This document shows, piece after piece, positions 1 to 12,195 of a DNA stretch of 64,000 nt. Under the pieces are notes generated by a model, which was given only the letters and a program-made list of their open reading frames with translations, made no database searches and was not told the origin of the DNA. The DNA is from Chiloscyllium plagiosum (taxonomy: Eukaryota): NCBI RefSeq assembly GCF_004010195.1, contig NC_057719.1, forward strand, positions 17,594,165 through 17,658,164, given 5' to 3'. Position 1 is the first letter of the stretch. Each line of letters starts with the position of its first letter. Made by a program: the position numbers and the translations under genes.

Positions 1-1541
1 TTGCATTATTATTGAAATCAGTTTTATCTTAGATACGCAGTGTATTTTGTTAAAAAACATACTGATATGATGCACAAATCACAAAAGTAGTAAGTACTAA
101 AATGACAAAAAAAGTGCTCAAAGAGTTAACCATTAGCCTCAAAAATAGTGATTAGAAATAAATGATTTAATGTGTGGGATCACTTCATGTTGATGCTGTT
201 GAATTAAATCTTCACTGTGAACTCCAGCACTGATGTAATGCCATGAATAACTGACCAGCGCAAATTAACTCAGTCATTCTACACTACTTATTATTCATCA
301 CTTCCTTCCAATAAAAAAAAAGGCCAATTTAGTTGTCAGGAATTTTCTCAGACCTGTAGTGTTTCACAGGGAATTTAATCTAGAGGAACTGCAGATAGTT
401 GGTTGCTTAGACCAGCCTGCCCAGGGAACCTCTTTCCATTGCTTTCTGTCACACACAGCTTGAGGCTATATAGGCAGGTTGTATAGGCTTGACCCAAGAA
501 GGTCAGCGGTTGTGAAGAATTTGAAGACCTGACATCTGCTGCCAGGCTTTCAGTGAAACCCTCACTCCTGTCAGCCCAAACAGAGACCGGTGTAAAATAA
601 TCCCCCCCAGCAAGGAACCTAGACTACAGTGAAAAGACTAAATGGGTCTCCTTTTTTGTCTGAGTGTCCAGCCTTGTCTGTCCCCTTCACCAGACAGGAT
701 AGAGTTCAGGCTACAATACAAACACAGCCCATATTCTCATGCCACAGTAGCATAACTCTCTCATCTTTCATTCAAATCGTGGACACCAGAGAAAGGGGTA
801 AGGGAATCATTCACTCCCCCCACCCCCGCCCTTTTCAAAAATCTTACTAGCATTGACCAAAGTTTTTTTCTAAAAATCACTTTTTTGTTTAAAAGATTGT
901 AAAACAAAACGACCTTTACTGATAAAATAAAAATGATTTTGACAGTCCTGCTGTATTTTTTAAACTAACCATTTCCCTTGAATGTATGATTTCTCAATTT
1001 TTTTTTGCAAAAATCAAGAAGAAATATTATTTAAAACATCAGCAGAGATTGAGCCTCTTGGTTAATAAAAACAATTTTGTCAACTCCTAATTAATGCACA
1101 TTAAAAAAAAAATCTCATTTATCAACAGATCATGCTCACTTCCCACAGTCTATCCCAGGAACACTTCCTTCACAGCAACAACTGAATAGTAGAATCTGGT
1201 CCCATGATCCACTGGGACACTTTGGTTCTTAGTAATGAGGACACACACATTGTTGCTTAAGACACCAGCTTCAGTGCTTTTCACATCTGAGGTTATGTGA
1301 TTCAGTCCAGGACAGGAGAAGGGAAGTAAATACCTCAGCCTGGTGAAGACTTACAGACAAAACAGCGACTGGATACATAAGTCCACACAAAGCCTGCTTA
1401 CAGAGCACACCACTGTTCACTAATACAGTCAGATTTATACCCGCATGCTGAGCTTTTCCAGTTTGGGTCAGCTCAATCTACTGAAAATCTCACCTTTTGA
1501 ATCCCAATCAGTTCTGAACCAATCAACCATTTTTCTCTCAA

Positions 1542-1879
1542 GGAGAGTGTGAGGGCTGCAGATGCTGGAGATCAGAGCTGAAAATGTGATGCTGGAAAAG
1601 CACAGCAGGTCAGGCAGCATCCAAGGAACAGGAGAATCAACGTTTCGGGCATAAGCCCTTATTTCTCCTCCCCCCACCTTGTCTCAGTCAAATCCCTCAA
1701 ACTCAGCACCGCCTTCCTAACCTGCAATCTTCTTCCTGACCTCTCCGCCCCCACCCCACTCCGGCCTATCATCCTCACCTTGACCTCCTTCCACCTATCG
1801 CATTTCCAACGTCCCTCCCCCAAGTCCCTCCTCCCTACCTTTTATCTTAGCCTGCTGGACACACTTTCCTCATTCCTGA
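1542..1879 (-). mobile_element. Penelope-like element (family A) terminal fragment with internal inversion
   Basis: 1542-1660 is the family-A terminal repeat plus ~35-nt tail in minus orientation. 1662-1879 is the adjacent 3' region in plus orientation, ending at CATTCCTGA, and matches 46705-46918. Confidence 0.8.
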
Positions 1880-2569
1880 CTAACTTGTTCAACTTCAAAT
1901 TATGTTTTCTTTTCATGGGGAACAAAGCAGTAACAAATAAAATCAGGAGTCCTAAAGTGGATACTGAACATTTGAAACAAATCCAGAGAAGGCTAGAGAA
2001 ACTCAACAGGTCTGGCAGCAACTGTGGAGAGAGAAACAGAATAAAAGTTTCCAAGTCCACTTAAAAGCTTCTTCATTTCAGTCGACAGCCCAGGTGCTAT
2101 ATAAGTACAAATGTTTACTTCCTTTTTCAAGTTCCCTTCCAAAACACACATCAGCCTGACTTAAAGCGATATTGCAGTTGCATCGCTATCGCCGAGTTAA
2201 AAATCTCCCTCCCTCAAACCAGTGTGAGAATGCCTATCCTTCTTCACTGCAGCAGCTCAGAAACACAGCTCAGCTTGTTCTCTCCAGAGATGGGCAATAA
2301 GTGTTGACCTAGACAATGATGTCCACATCCTGTGAGCGCATATAAGAAAATCAGAAGAAAGCTAAAGGGCACACGTTTGCACTGTACAGTTTGAACTGTG
2401 GTCTGAGACTGGGGACTGGTCGGACTCCAGGACCCTGTCATCAGGGCCAGAGGGGGTGGGGTCCCCAAGACACAGCATTGACATTGTAACTACTGACATG
2501 ATCTTCCAGCCTCCTAATTGGCTAACTGTGTTCATCGTTCTGTTAAAGAAGATGGAAAGGCACTTGAAA

Positions 2570-2665
2570 CAAAACAAATTTCTGGAGAAGCTCAGCAGGT
2601 CTGGTAGCATCTGTGCAGAGAAAGCAAAGTCAATGTTTTGGGTCCCAGTGACCCTTCTTCAGAGC
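2570..2665 (-). mobile_element. Penelope-like terminal repeat fragment (family D) with degenerate hammerhead motif
   Basis: GCTCAGCAGGTCTGG(C/T)AGCATCTGTG motif shared with 1985-2075, 6100-6130 and 21580-21660. Minus strand reads CTGAAGA-A-GGGTC-actgg-GACCC-AAAA-CATT. Confidence 0.6.
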
Positions 2666-2666
2666 A

Positions 2667-3285
2667 GGTCACTAAGTTTGCGTCACACGTAGACAGAGTG
2701 GTTAAGAAGGGGTTTAGCACACTTGCATTCACTGCAATGACCGTTGAATATAGGAGTTACGACATCATATTGAAGTTGTACAAGACGTTGGTGAGGCCTC
2801 TTCCAGAATACTGTGTCCTGTTCTGGTTGCCCAGTTATAGGAGGAATATGATCAAGTGGAGAGGGTTGAGAAAAGATTTACCAGGATATTTCCAGAGATG
2901 GAGGGTTTGACTTATAGGGAGGGGCTGGAAAGACTGAGACTTTTTTAACTGAAGCATAGGACATTGAGGGGTGACTTTGTAGAGGTTTTTAAAATCTTGA
3001 TGGGTATAGATAAGGTGAATGGCAGGTGTCTTTTCCCTAATCTAGAGGATTTCAAGAATAGAATTTACACAGAGTGGTCTGTGTGTAGAATGAACTTTCA
3101 GAGGAAGTGGTAGATACAGATACAGTTAAAACGTTTAAAAGGCATTAGGATAAGTACATGAATAGGAAAGGTTTGGAGAGATATGGGCCTAGCACAGGCA
3201 AGTGGGACTAGTTTAGTTTGGGAACATGGTTAGCATGGTCTGGTTGGACTGAATGGTCTGTTTTCGTGATGTATGACTTTATGAC
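2667..3285 (+). mobile_element. CR1 (HER1-like) LINE 3' fragment, degenerate
   Basis: Translates to LKLYKTLVRPLPEYCVLFWLPSYRR (CR1 ORF2 C-terminus), followed by a typical CR1 3' end. Confidence 0.9.
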
Positions 3286-3897
3286 GCTATGTGTTGAAAA
3301 GGCCTCAACCACAATTTAAAACAGAGGCTGCTACCTCTCTTCTTATATCGAGGTAATCATTAGTGGATGCAAGTTCGGATAAAGGTAATACTTTGCTTGG
3401 GTTGACAACTTTGGGTTTAATTTTATTTTGGAAATTTCTTGACTTCCTACTTTCAAATGTCCTTCCCTCACAACCTAATCTCACCCAAGTTCTTGCCATT
3501 GGTGATTGGACACATCCAACCTCACAATATAGCACCACGAACATTTCATTAAGACACCAACAGGCACTTTATCGCTCAATTGATTTATTCTTGACTTCAA
3601 TCCAACAGCCTTTAAGCTCAGTTCCACTAGTTTTATCATTATTAATGAGAGGTGTTTAAAGAAAATGAGGAAAACACATCATTTAGCCTCTCTATCCCTG
3701 TGATTTTCCTTCTGGATTTACTTGCACCACTGTCCAGGAGAGTAATTGAAGGTGCCAGAGTCTGGAGGCCATTCCAGGAAATTTGCTAACCCTGCATTAT
3801 GTTACTATGGAAAAATCATGCTGATCAGCAGAGGTGAAAAGTGGTCAAATTTATGCGATTAATTGTAGTTTCCTGTGATTTGATTGATCGGTGTTTG

Positions 3898-5235
3898 CTG
3901 AAAATGTGTTGCTGGAAAAGCGCAGCAGGTCAGGCAGCATCCAGGGAACAGGAGAATCGACGTTTTGGGCATAAGCCCTTTTTCAGGAATAAGGAAAGTT
4001 TGTCCAGCAGGCTAAGATAAAAGGTACAGAGGAAGGACTTGGGGGAGGGGCGTCAGAAATGTGATAGGTGGAAAGAGGTCAAGGTGAGGGTGATAGGTCA
4101 GACTGGGGTGGGGGCGGAGAGGCCAGGAAGAAGATTGAAGGTTAGGAAGGCGGTGCTGAATTCGATGGATTTGACTGAGACAAGGTGGGGGAAGGGNNNN
4201 NNNNNNNNNNNNNNNNNNNNNNNNNNNNNNNNNNNNNNNNNNNNNNNNNNNNNNNNNNNNNNNNNNNNNNNNNNNNNNNNNNNNNNNNNNNNNNNNNNNN
4301 NNNNNNNNNNNNNNNNNNNNNNNNNNNNNNNNNNNNNNNNNNNNNNNNNNNNNNNNNNNNNNNNNNNNNNNNNNNNNNNNNNNNNNNNNNNNNNNNNNNN
4401 NNNNNNNNNNNNNNNNNNNNNNNNNNNNNNNNNNNNNNNNNNNNNNNNNNNNNNNNNNNNNNNNNNNNNNNNNNNNNNNNNNNNNNNNNNNNNNNNNNNN
4501 NNNNNNNNNNNNNNNNNNNNNNNNNNNNNNNNNNNNNNNNNNNNNNNNNNNNNNNNNNNNNNNNNNNNNNNNNNNNNNNNNNNNNNNNNNNNNNNNNNNN
4601 NNNNNNNNNNNNNNNNNNNNNNNNNNNNNNNNNNNNNNNNNNNNNNNNNNNNNNNNNNNNNNNNNNNNNNNNNNNNNNNNNNNNNNNNNNNNNNNNNNNN
4701 NNNNNNNNNNNNNNNNNNNNNNNNNNNNNNNNNNNNNNNNNNNNNNNNNNNNNNNNNNNNNNNNNNNNNNNNNNNNNNNNNNNNNNNNNNNNNNNNNNNN
4801 NNNNNNNNNNNNNNNNNNNNNNNNNNNNNNNNNNNNNNNNNNNNNNNNNNNNNNNNNNNNNNNNNNNNNNNNNNNNNNNNNNNNNNNNNNNNNNNNNNNN
4901 NNNNNNNNNNNNNNNNNNNNNNNNNNNNNNNNNNNNNNNNNNNNNNNNNNNNNNNNNNNNNNNNNNNNNNNNNNNNNNNNNNNNNNNNNNNNNNNNNNNN
5001 AAGGTGGGGGGTGGGGCCAGTGTAGTTGCGGAAGATGGACTGTTCCACATATCCTACAAAGAGGCAGGCATAGCTGGGGCCCATGCGGGTGCCCATGGCT
5101 ACTCCTTTCGTTTGGAGGAAGTAGGAGGATTGGAAAGAGAAGTTGTTCAGGGTGAGGACCAGTTCAGTCAGTCGAAGGAGGGTGTCAGTGGAAGGGTACT
5201 GGTCGGTACGGCGGGAAAGGAAGAAGCGGAGGGCT
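3898..5235 (-). mobile_element. Penelope-like retroelement (family A), 5'-truncated, young
   Basis: PLE RT motif GTRMGPSYACLFVGYVEQ; family-A terminal repeat at 3898-3990; perfect 14-bp TSD TTGATCGGTGTTTG at 3884-3897 and 5236-5249; middle is an N gap. Confidence 0.92.
4197..5000. other. Assembly gap (N run)
   Basis: Run of n. Confidence 1.
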
Positions 5236-5373
5236 TTGATCGGTGTTTGATAATGTTAGTCTGCTGACCGGGCGGTGTTCACTGTGCTTGACTGATTAAG
5301 CCTGGGCGAAGCGTCTGAGCTCCATTGTAAACAGTAGCTTCCCGAGATTCCCAAAGCTGTTAACGTGTGTGTA

Positions 5374-5502
5374 TGATGTGGAGATGCCGGTATTGGACTG
5401 TAGTGTACAAAGTTAAAAATCACACAACACCAGGTTATAGTCCAACAGGTTTATTTGGAAGCACTAGCTTTCGGGGTGCTGCTCCCTCATTAGGTGATTG
5501 TG
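5374..5502 (-). mobile_element. Penelope-like terminal repeat (family B) with tail and degenerate hammerhead
   Basis: AAGTTAAAAATCACACAACACCAGGTTATAGTCCAACAGG family, also at 10780, 30296, 36055 and 59706. Minus strand reads CTAATGA-GGGAGCAGCACCCC-GAAA-GCTA. Confidence 0.75.
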
Positions 5503-5676
5503 TAGAAATCATTTGATTGCTGAGATGTTTTAGTCCCTGTAAACAAACCTGTTGCAAGTTTAGAACTAGTGTCAACTTTGCATTACTGTGAGGTAAATCA
5601 GGTACTTAAAGAATACAAACAGGCAAATACACAACAGCAAGGACTGGTGTTAAACTCTGGTCAAGTCTTGTGCACA

Positions 5677-5874
5677 GTCAAGAGTGTGGTGCTGAAAAAA
5701 CACAGGTCAGGCAACATCAGAGGTTCAGGAGAATCGATATTTCAGGCCTATGCCCTTCATCAAGAAACCCGAGACATCGATTCTCCTGCTCCTCGGATGC
5801 TGTCTGACCTGGTGTATCTTTCCAGCATCACACTCTTGACTCTGATCTCCAGCATCTGCAGTCCTCACTTTCTC
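5677..5874. mobile_element. Palindromic PLE family-A mini-element
   Basis: Imperfect inverted arms around hammerhead remnants, plus tail. TSD CAAGTC(T/C)TGTGCACA at 5662-5676 and 5875-5889. Confidence 0.85.
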
Positions 5875-6279
5875 CAAGTCCTGTGCACATCCATTCATGA
5901 ATATCATTCTCCCTTTATAAATAATAACAATGCCACTTTGAAAAAAGGTAGAAACATCAGTAATCCACCAATGCACAATTTTGAAGACAGGAGACAATGA
6001 AGGAAGAAAAGCAAATCAAAGACCCATTTTCCCCACATCTCACCCTATTAGCTGTCTCTAATATAACTGTGTATATTGTGTACCTGGGATTATAATAGAA
6101 TGTGCTGGAGAAACTCAACAGGACTGACAGCAAATAGAAAATGTCAGTGGTAGAGGGAAGAGGAACTCAGGAAGCCTGACTGGAAAGGGACATCATTCAT
6201 TGTTGAACACTAAAATACAACCACAACTTATGGTGTATGTCGGCTACACATCTGTGTGGACGCTCCTGATTAATCTGTT

Positions 6280-7593
6280 ATTATAAGTATCTGAAGCAGG
6301 TGGGACATTTACCCAGGGACACCGCTAGTACACTACTGGAGCCTTGGGTCTGCTATTTTTTTGAAAAATCAGCCTGATCAGAGATGTTATTACTCACTTC
6401 TGGAGCAGGTTCTGTCACTTGACCACAGACCCCACACACTAGAAGTAGGGACAATACCACTGTACCATGAGGGCCCTTCGAAACCATAGGGTTTTTTTTT
6501 CTTGTCTGTGAGTGTAGGAGGTTTATAGGAGGGTTAGAGTTTAATCTGTAGTTCATACATGTTTACTAATGAGTTGAATTTACTTATTTGGAATAGACAT
6601 TTTCAAATCAAGTTGCTCAGTGAGATATTATTATACACCTCTGTAGCAAGTCGGACTTGAACTTGGATATCCTGGACACTACCGCAGTGCCACATGAGCA
6701 ACGTGATTCTGCATTATTCTTTTTAACATCTAGAAGTGCTAACACACAAATGAGCACTTTTGTTCCCCATCACCAAATCATTTTTTGTTTTTAAACAGAT
6801 AACCACCAACCAGTAAATCATCCATGTGGTCAGTTAGATATTGACATGCAAAGCCCATTACTGGTAATGCAAACCATTAGAAGTGAGGGAGAGGCAGGGA
6901 GAGAGGAAGGTGGCTAAATCAAAATGGAGTTGGAGGGGAACTGAGTGTGCTTTATGTATATGAAGGGCTATCACATAAAACCGAATGTTGTTTTTTACCC
7001 ATCACCAAATTACAGCAACTTTTTTTTGTTTTTAACTATTAACCACCACCAGTAATCACCCATGTAGCCAATTATATATTTTGGGTGTGTTTTGTTTTCT
7101 TTTCTTTTTCTTTGTTTTCACTGTTTTTTATCCCCAGAAGTGCTATCACACACAACTGAGCGACTTTTCCACTACCAAATTACCGTGATTTTTTTTATGC
7201 TAACCATCACCAGTAACCACCCATTCAGCCAATTTAATATCTACAAGAAAAAACTGTTAGGGCAATAGAAACCATCAGAAGTGAAGGGGAGGTAGGGACA
7301 ACGCAAAGAGGTAAATCTGGGTGTGCTTTCTTTTAACCTATTTTCTAATCAACCTGTTCAAAGCTCTGGAACAGGTGGGACTTGAACACAGATCTCCCAG
7401 CTCAAAAGGTAGGGATACTACCACAGGGTGCGCTTTGATTTGTTTTTATTTCCTTATGGGTGTGCTATTTAAAGGGCTCAGGTCAGTTCCCGCTGAGCGG
7501 GCAATTGCCTGTTACCAAGGGAACTTCTCCTCATTGAGCTCCACAAGGCGATTAGTTAGGGGATTTTCCCCATGGGCCTTGTAGCGGTTATCA
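6280..7593 (-). mobile_element. Probable solo LTR with internal tandem units and tRNA-like units (left boundary uncertain)
   Basis: Minus-strand start TGATAACCGCTACAAGGCCCATGGGG...CCTGAGCCCTTTAA resembles the LTR start after the Gypsy PPT at 17164 (TGACAACCCCTTTGGGGCCTATGGAG...CCTGAGCCCTTTAA). Internal AGAAGTGCT..CACACA..ACCAGTAA..CCATGT repeats are shared with 16900-17040. Confidence 0.55.
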
Positions 7594-8227
7594 CAAAGCC
7601 CCTGGGTGTTTATTGAGAGGTTCAATTGGGGAATTGGCAGGTGGACTTACCTCCACATTTGGTGGGAAACCTACAGACATGCCATCCCTTAGCTTCCCAC
7701 CTCATTTTATTTGATCTAACCACACACCCCCAAACCGCAGCAAAATTATTTCACAGCCTGTCACCAGAGAGCTGACTGTTCTCAAAAGTGGTGTCACACC
7801 ACAGACACATTAAGACAAATGATTGCAACAGAGTTTTTGAGTTCTCAAAGTACAATTCTTAATCAATAGTCTAGATTTTTATTTTCTTTATTAATTTGCG
7901 GCATGTGTGTGTCGCTAGCTGGCCAGCATTTATTATCTATCCCTAGTTGCCCTTGAGAAGGTGGTGGTGAGCTGCTTTCTTGAACTGCTGCTGTCCACCT
8001 GCTGTGAGTTGACCCACAATACCCTTGGGGAGGGAATTCCAGCGACAGTGAAGAAACCGCAATTATTTCCAAGTCAGGATGGTGAGTGGCTTGGAGAGGA
8101 ATTTGCAGGTGGTGATGTTCCCATATATCTGCTACTCTTGTCCTTCTACATGGAAGTGGTCGTGGATTTTATGGCATCCCAGCAGTGGTCCACTGGCCAC
8201 CAATCCTGACCCCTGCTGCAATCAAAA

Positions 8228-8490
8228 AAGAGACAATGGCCTAGTGGTATGGTCACTAGATTAATGATCCAGAGAGCCAGGTAACATTTCCGGGATCTGG
8301 GTTTGAATGGTGGGACTTGAATTCAACATAAAAAGGTCAAATTGAAAGTTAAATGGTGACCACAAAATTACTGTCATTTTTTTTCAAATGCATGTGGTTC
8401 ACTAATGCCTTTTAGGCATCCTTTCCTGGCCTAGATTACATGTGACTCCAGACTCACAGCAATGTGGTTTATACTGCCCTCTGAAACAGC
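8228..8490 (+). mobile_element. tRNA-derived SINE (family shared with 11600, 11870, 21955, 36881)
   Basis: TGGCCTAGTGG A-box-like head; body GGTTCACTAATG...ACATGTGACTCCAGAC shared between copies. Confidence 0.7.
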
Positions 8491-8507
8491 CCAGCAAACC
8501 ATTTTCT

Positions 8508-8655
8508 TAGTCATAGAGTTATACAGCACAAAAACAGAACCTTCGGCCTAACTCGTCCATACCAACTAGATATTCTAAATTAATCTTGTCCTATTTGCAT
8601 AAACTTGGCCCATATCCCTCTCAACCCTTCCTATACATGTACTCAATCAGATGTT
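8508..8655 (-). mobile_element. CR1 (HER1-like) 3' end fragment
   Basis: AGTCATAGAG..TACAGCAC..AAACAGA..CCCATATCCCTC tail matches 48100-48250. Confidence 0.8.
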
Positions 8656-10252
8656 TGTATAAACCATCGGAAAATCTTAAGGATTGAAATGGGACAGATC
8701 ATCTGATATCAAGCAAAACTCTAACACTAGCAAACGTAGCCCTGTCAACTTTACTAAGTCCTCCTTATCAATACCTTAGGGGTAGTGCCAAAATTGGGAG
8801 AGCTGTCCCGCAGCCCAATCAAGCAACAGCCAGGCATAGTGGGACAGACACATTCCTCAGAAACTAACTAGCCTCAGAAGCCACTTATATGGCTTAGGTT
8901 ATTCTTTTGGAAACTACACTTCACAGAATCAGAGACAGCTAAAAGCAACCATTTGTACCACAATATCTGAGCTTTAAGAAGTCGGTCGTGTAAATATACA
9001 GCTCCACCTTAGCGTAGCCTTCACCTAGCTAATTACTTTGCATGAATTAGGAAAGATTTGTCCAAATATGAATGAAAATGTTTGAACATCTCCATTGTTA
9101 CAATGCAACAAATTGCCTGGCTTACCATAAGGAATGGTAGGGAGATCTGCTATGCATTTTATGGGGTTTTAGTAAAAGGAAGATATTGAGAAGTGTCACG
9201 CAGTAAGTTGCTAGTCTTTTATCTTGGCCAGAGTAATGATTCTTGGTATGTCTAATAGAAAATGGTATCAGTGATCCCACTTCCTCTCTGGTACACTGAA
9301 AATCCTGGCACCATGTTGCGGAAGCACGCTGGAAATTAATTTAAATTAGTCTTTTAATATTAATTTAATGTAAGTTAATGACTGTGTATCTTGCTTAACC
9401 ACTGCTGAGTAAATCAAACGTTTAGATCACAGCACTCAGAGTTGTGCTTTGCACCTGGGGTACCAATGACACAAATAAAACCCAGCTCGTGTTATAATAG
9501 CAGCTTTGTGGAAAGGTAGAGGAGCTGTGATCTGGTGTTGCAGAACATCGATATACCAATGAGCTGGAGCATGGAAATCTGGCACAGTCTTTTCACATTC
9601 TCAATTCCCCATGTGGGGCCACAAGTTTCCTCTGTTCGATAATTCTACTGAAAATCATGCTGGCGTCAATAAATGTGTAACGCTCCATTAAAGAGGTAAC
9701 TGAAGCCTCACATCCCCAAGCAGCCAGCTACATGATATTCAGCATCAAACCAGTGGCAGCTGAATCCATAGTTTTCCCTATGCTTCCTTCAGTAGGACAG
9801 TGAACGACAAGTGTCTCTTATGAGCTGTGCCTAGCTGGGAGGAACTTGGCACTGAAGGCAAAAGGAAGTTACACAGATTAGGTACCTGCCTGCTAAGGCT
9901 GTCCTGTCCAGTGCTGTACCTCATTCATAACCGGTATGCAGTATCCATGATTACCTACCCTTTGCCTGTTATATTATTGGCTCAGCTGACACTGAATCCC
10001 CTGTGAATTGGGTACATTGACTGTCTATAGACATTCATTTTTACACTTGTCATCCAAAGGACATTGACAAGTTGGTGGAGTGAGCAGACAGGTGGCTCCT
10101 GAGGTTCAGTGCAGAGAAGTATGAGGTGATGCACATTAGTAAGAAGAACGTTGGAAGACAATATAAAATAGGAAGTAGAATCCTAAAGGGAATGCAGAGG
10201 TAGAGGTGCCTGAGTGTATAGATGCGCAGATCAATGAAGGTAGCAGGATATG

Positions 10253-10254
<2 letters not shown>

Positions 10255-10292
<38 letters not shown>
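10255..10292 (+). repeat. (GA)n microsatellite
   Basis: About 19 GA units seen directly. Confidence 0.98.
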
Positions 10293-10294
<2 letters not shown>

Positions 10295-10437
10295 ACACAG
10301 TCATTAAAGCACATGGCGTTCTCAATGGCTTTGTTAAAGGGCATCAAGTACAAGAGCAAGATGGTGATGTTAAATTTGCACAAGACAATTGTTAGACTTT
10401 AGCTGGAATATTGTGTACAGTTGTGGACACTACATTG

Positions 10438-10650
10438 TCAAGTCAAGTCACCATATTCATACCATACCATAGGGCTGCTCTCTCATTAGACAGGGACAAC
10501 TGGCAGTGATTTAACCTGAAGGCCACCATGCTTCAGGTGAGGAGAGGAAGAGTCCTTCATGGTAACCTCAGCCATTGTGGGGATTGAAGTCACAAAGTTG
10601 GTATTACACCACTTTAAGTCAACCACCCAGCCAACTGATCTAAACCAACC
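10438..10650 (-). mobile_element. tRNA-derived SINE (same family as 39228-39440)
   Basis: Reverse complement matches GTTAGCTCAGTTGGCT..TTCAATTCCCAC..GCTGAGGTT of the 39228 copy. Confidence 0.65.
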
Positions 10651-10778
10651 CTGTACAGCATTACAGGAAAGAATGTGAATGCATTGGAGGAAGTGCACAA
10701 GCATGGTTCCAGGAATGAGAAACTTCAGTTATAAGGAGAGATTGAAGAGATGAAGGCTAAGCAGAGATTTGATGAATT

Positions 10779-11236
10779 GCTGATGTTGGACTGGGGTGGA
10801 CAAAGTTAAAATTCACAACACCAGGTTATAGTCCAACAGGTTTATTTGGAAGCACTAGCTTTTGGAGCACTGCTCCTTCATCAGGTGGTTGTGGAGTATA
10901 AGATCATAAGAAACAGAATTTATAGCAAAAGTTTACGGTGTGATGTAACTGAAATTATATATTGAAAAAGATCTGAATTGTTTGTTAAGTCTCTCATTGT
11001 TTAGAATGAACATGTTGATTTCAGTTCTTTCATATGTATATCGCAGAACATTTAAAAGTTCCATTCTCAAATAAACTTTAACAATTGGTGTCATGTCAGC
11101 CCAGATAATGCATTGAAGGTGTGAGCTGTCCTGTGTGAGGCAGTCTGTGCCATAATAGTCAGATGGATTCTAATCTAAAAAAAATGGATTTACAGAATCT
11201 TACATGGATTCATGCAGTTTTTGAGCAAAGTAAAAT
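10779..11236 (-). mobile_element. Penelope-like family B 3' region with hammerhead motif (G12>A)
   Basis: Family-B repeat. Minus 10853-10887 reads CAC-CTGATGA-A-GGAGC-agt-GCTCC-AAAA-GCTA-GTG. Confidence 0.75.
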
Positions 11237-11538
11237 GCACGGTGGTTAGCACTGCTGCCTCACAGCACCAGAGACCCGGGTTCAATTCCCGCCTCGGGCA
11301 ACTGACTGTGTGGAGATTGCACATTCTCCCTGTGTCTGCATGGGTTTCCTCCAGATGTTCCGGTTTTCTCTCACAGTCAAAAAATGTGTAGGTTAGGTGA
11401 ATTGGCCATGCTAAAATTGCCTGTAGTGTTAGGTGAAGGGGTACACGTAGGAGAATGGGTCTGGATGGGTTGCGCTTTGGCGGGTCGTTGTGGACTTGTT
11501 GGGTCGAAGGGCTTGTTTCCACACTGGAAGTAATCTGA
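11237..11538 (+). mobile_element. HE1-like V-SINE
   Basis: tRNA head GGTTAGCACTGCTGCCTCACAGC..GGGTTCAATTCC; V-domain TGTGTGGAG..TGCACATTCTCCC; CR1-derived tail. Confidence 0.9.
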
Positions 11539-11599
11539 CTAAGTAACTGAGGGGTGGGGAGATCTCCTCAAGAAACTGGCTCTTAGGCATGAGGTAAGG

Positions 11600-12195
11600 T
11601 GGAGGTCTTGTTGTAATGTCACTGAATCCAGAGGTCCAGTCTCATGTTCTAGGAATGAGTTCAGATACCACCATGGCAGCTGGTGAAATTTGAAGTCAAT
11701 TAAATAAAGTCTTTTTAAAATAAAGGCTTTAAAAAGTTAGCTTAAAGTAACAATTGTCACAGAAATCCATTTGGTTCACTTATGTCCTTTGAGAAGGAAA
11801 TTTGTCGTCTATAACATGTCTGACCTACATGTGACTCCAGGTTCCCCGATTGACTTTTCACTGTTAATTAGACACTTAATTGTTAACTGGATTGTTAATT
11901 CCGAGAATCAGGTAATATTCTTGGGACTCGGGTTCGAATCCCACCATGGCAGATGGTGGGATTTGAATTCACTAAAAATTTGGGATTAAGAGTCTAATGA
12001 TGACCACTAAACCATTGTTGATTGTCAAGAAAAAGACTAACTGGTTCATGAATGTCCTTTAGGGAAGGAAACTGCCATTCTTAACTGCTCTGGCCTACAT
12101 GTGACTCCAGACCCGAGCAATATGGTTGACTCTTAACTGGCCTCTGGGCAATTAGGGATTGCAAACAATTGCCAGCGTTGCCAGCAACACCCACA
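11600..12195 (+). mobile_element. Two adjacent tRNA-derived SINE copies (11600-11840, 11870-12195)
   Basis: GGGTTCGAATCCC B-box; ACCATGGCAG..GGTG; CTACATGTGACTCCAG; same family as 36881. Confidence 0.75.

Larger units (their letters stand above)
10030..10775 (+). mobile_element. Old CR1 ORF2 fragment interrupted by a (GA)n tract and a SINE
   Basis: Degenerate DIDKLVE*ADRW...FSAEKYEVMH and LEYCVQLW motifs. Confidence 0.7.

Noticed and set aside
372..618. About 80-codon open minus frame after a possible acceptor (FLAGGDYFTPVSVWADR...)
   Set aside because: No recognisable protein similarity and no partner exon; compatible with chance.
4039..5267. 300-360-aa ORFs here and similar long ORFs at 33144-34307 and 54192-55025
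   Set aside because: Their length comes from N runs; only the flanking PLE or CR1 peptide pieces are real.
6730..7320. Repeat-spacer-like arrangement resembling a CRISPR array
   Set aside because: Eukaryotic context; units are long, divergent and irregular, and there are no cas genes. Better explained as LTR-internal tandem modules.
11237..11300. tRNA-like sequences (also 34916, 39228, 60615, 61704)
   Set aside because: They are SINE heads continuing into SINE bodies, not tRNA genes.
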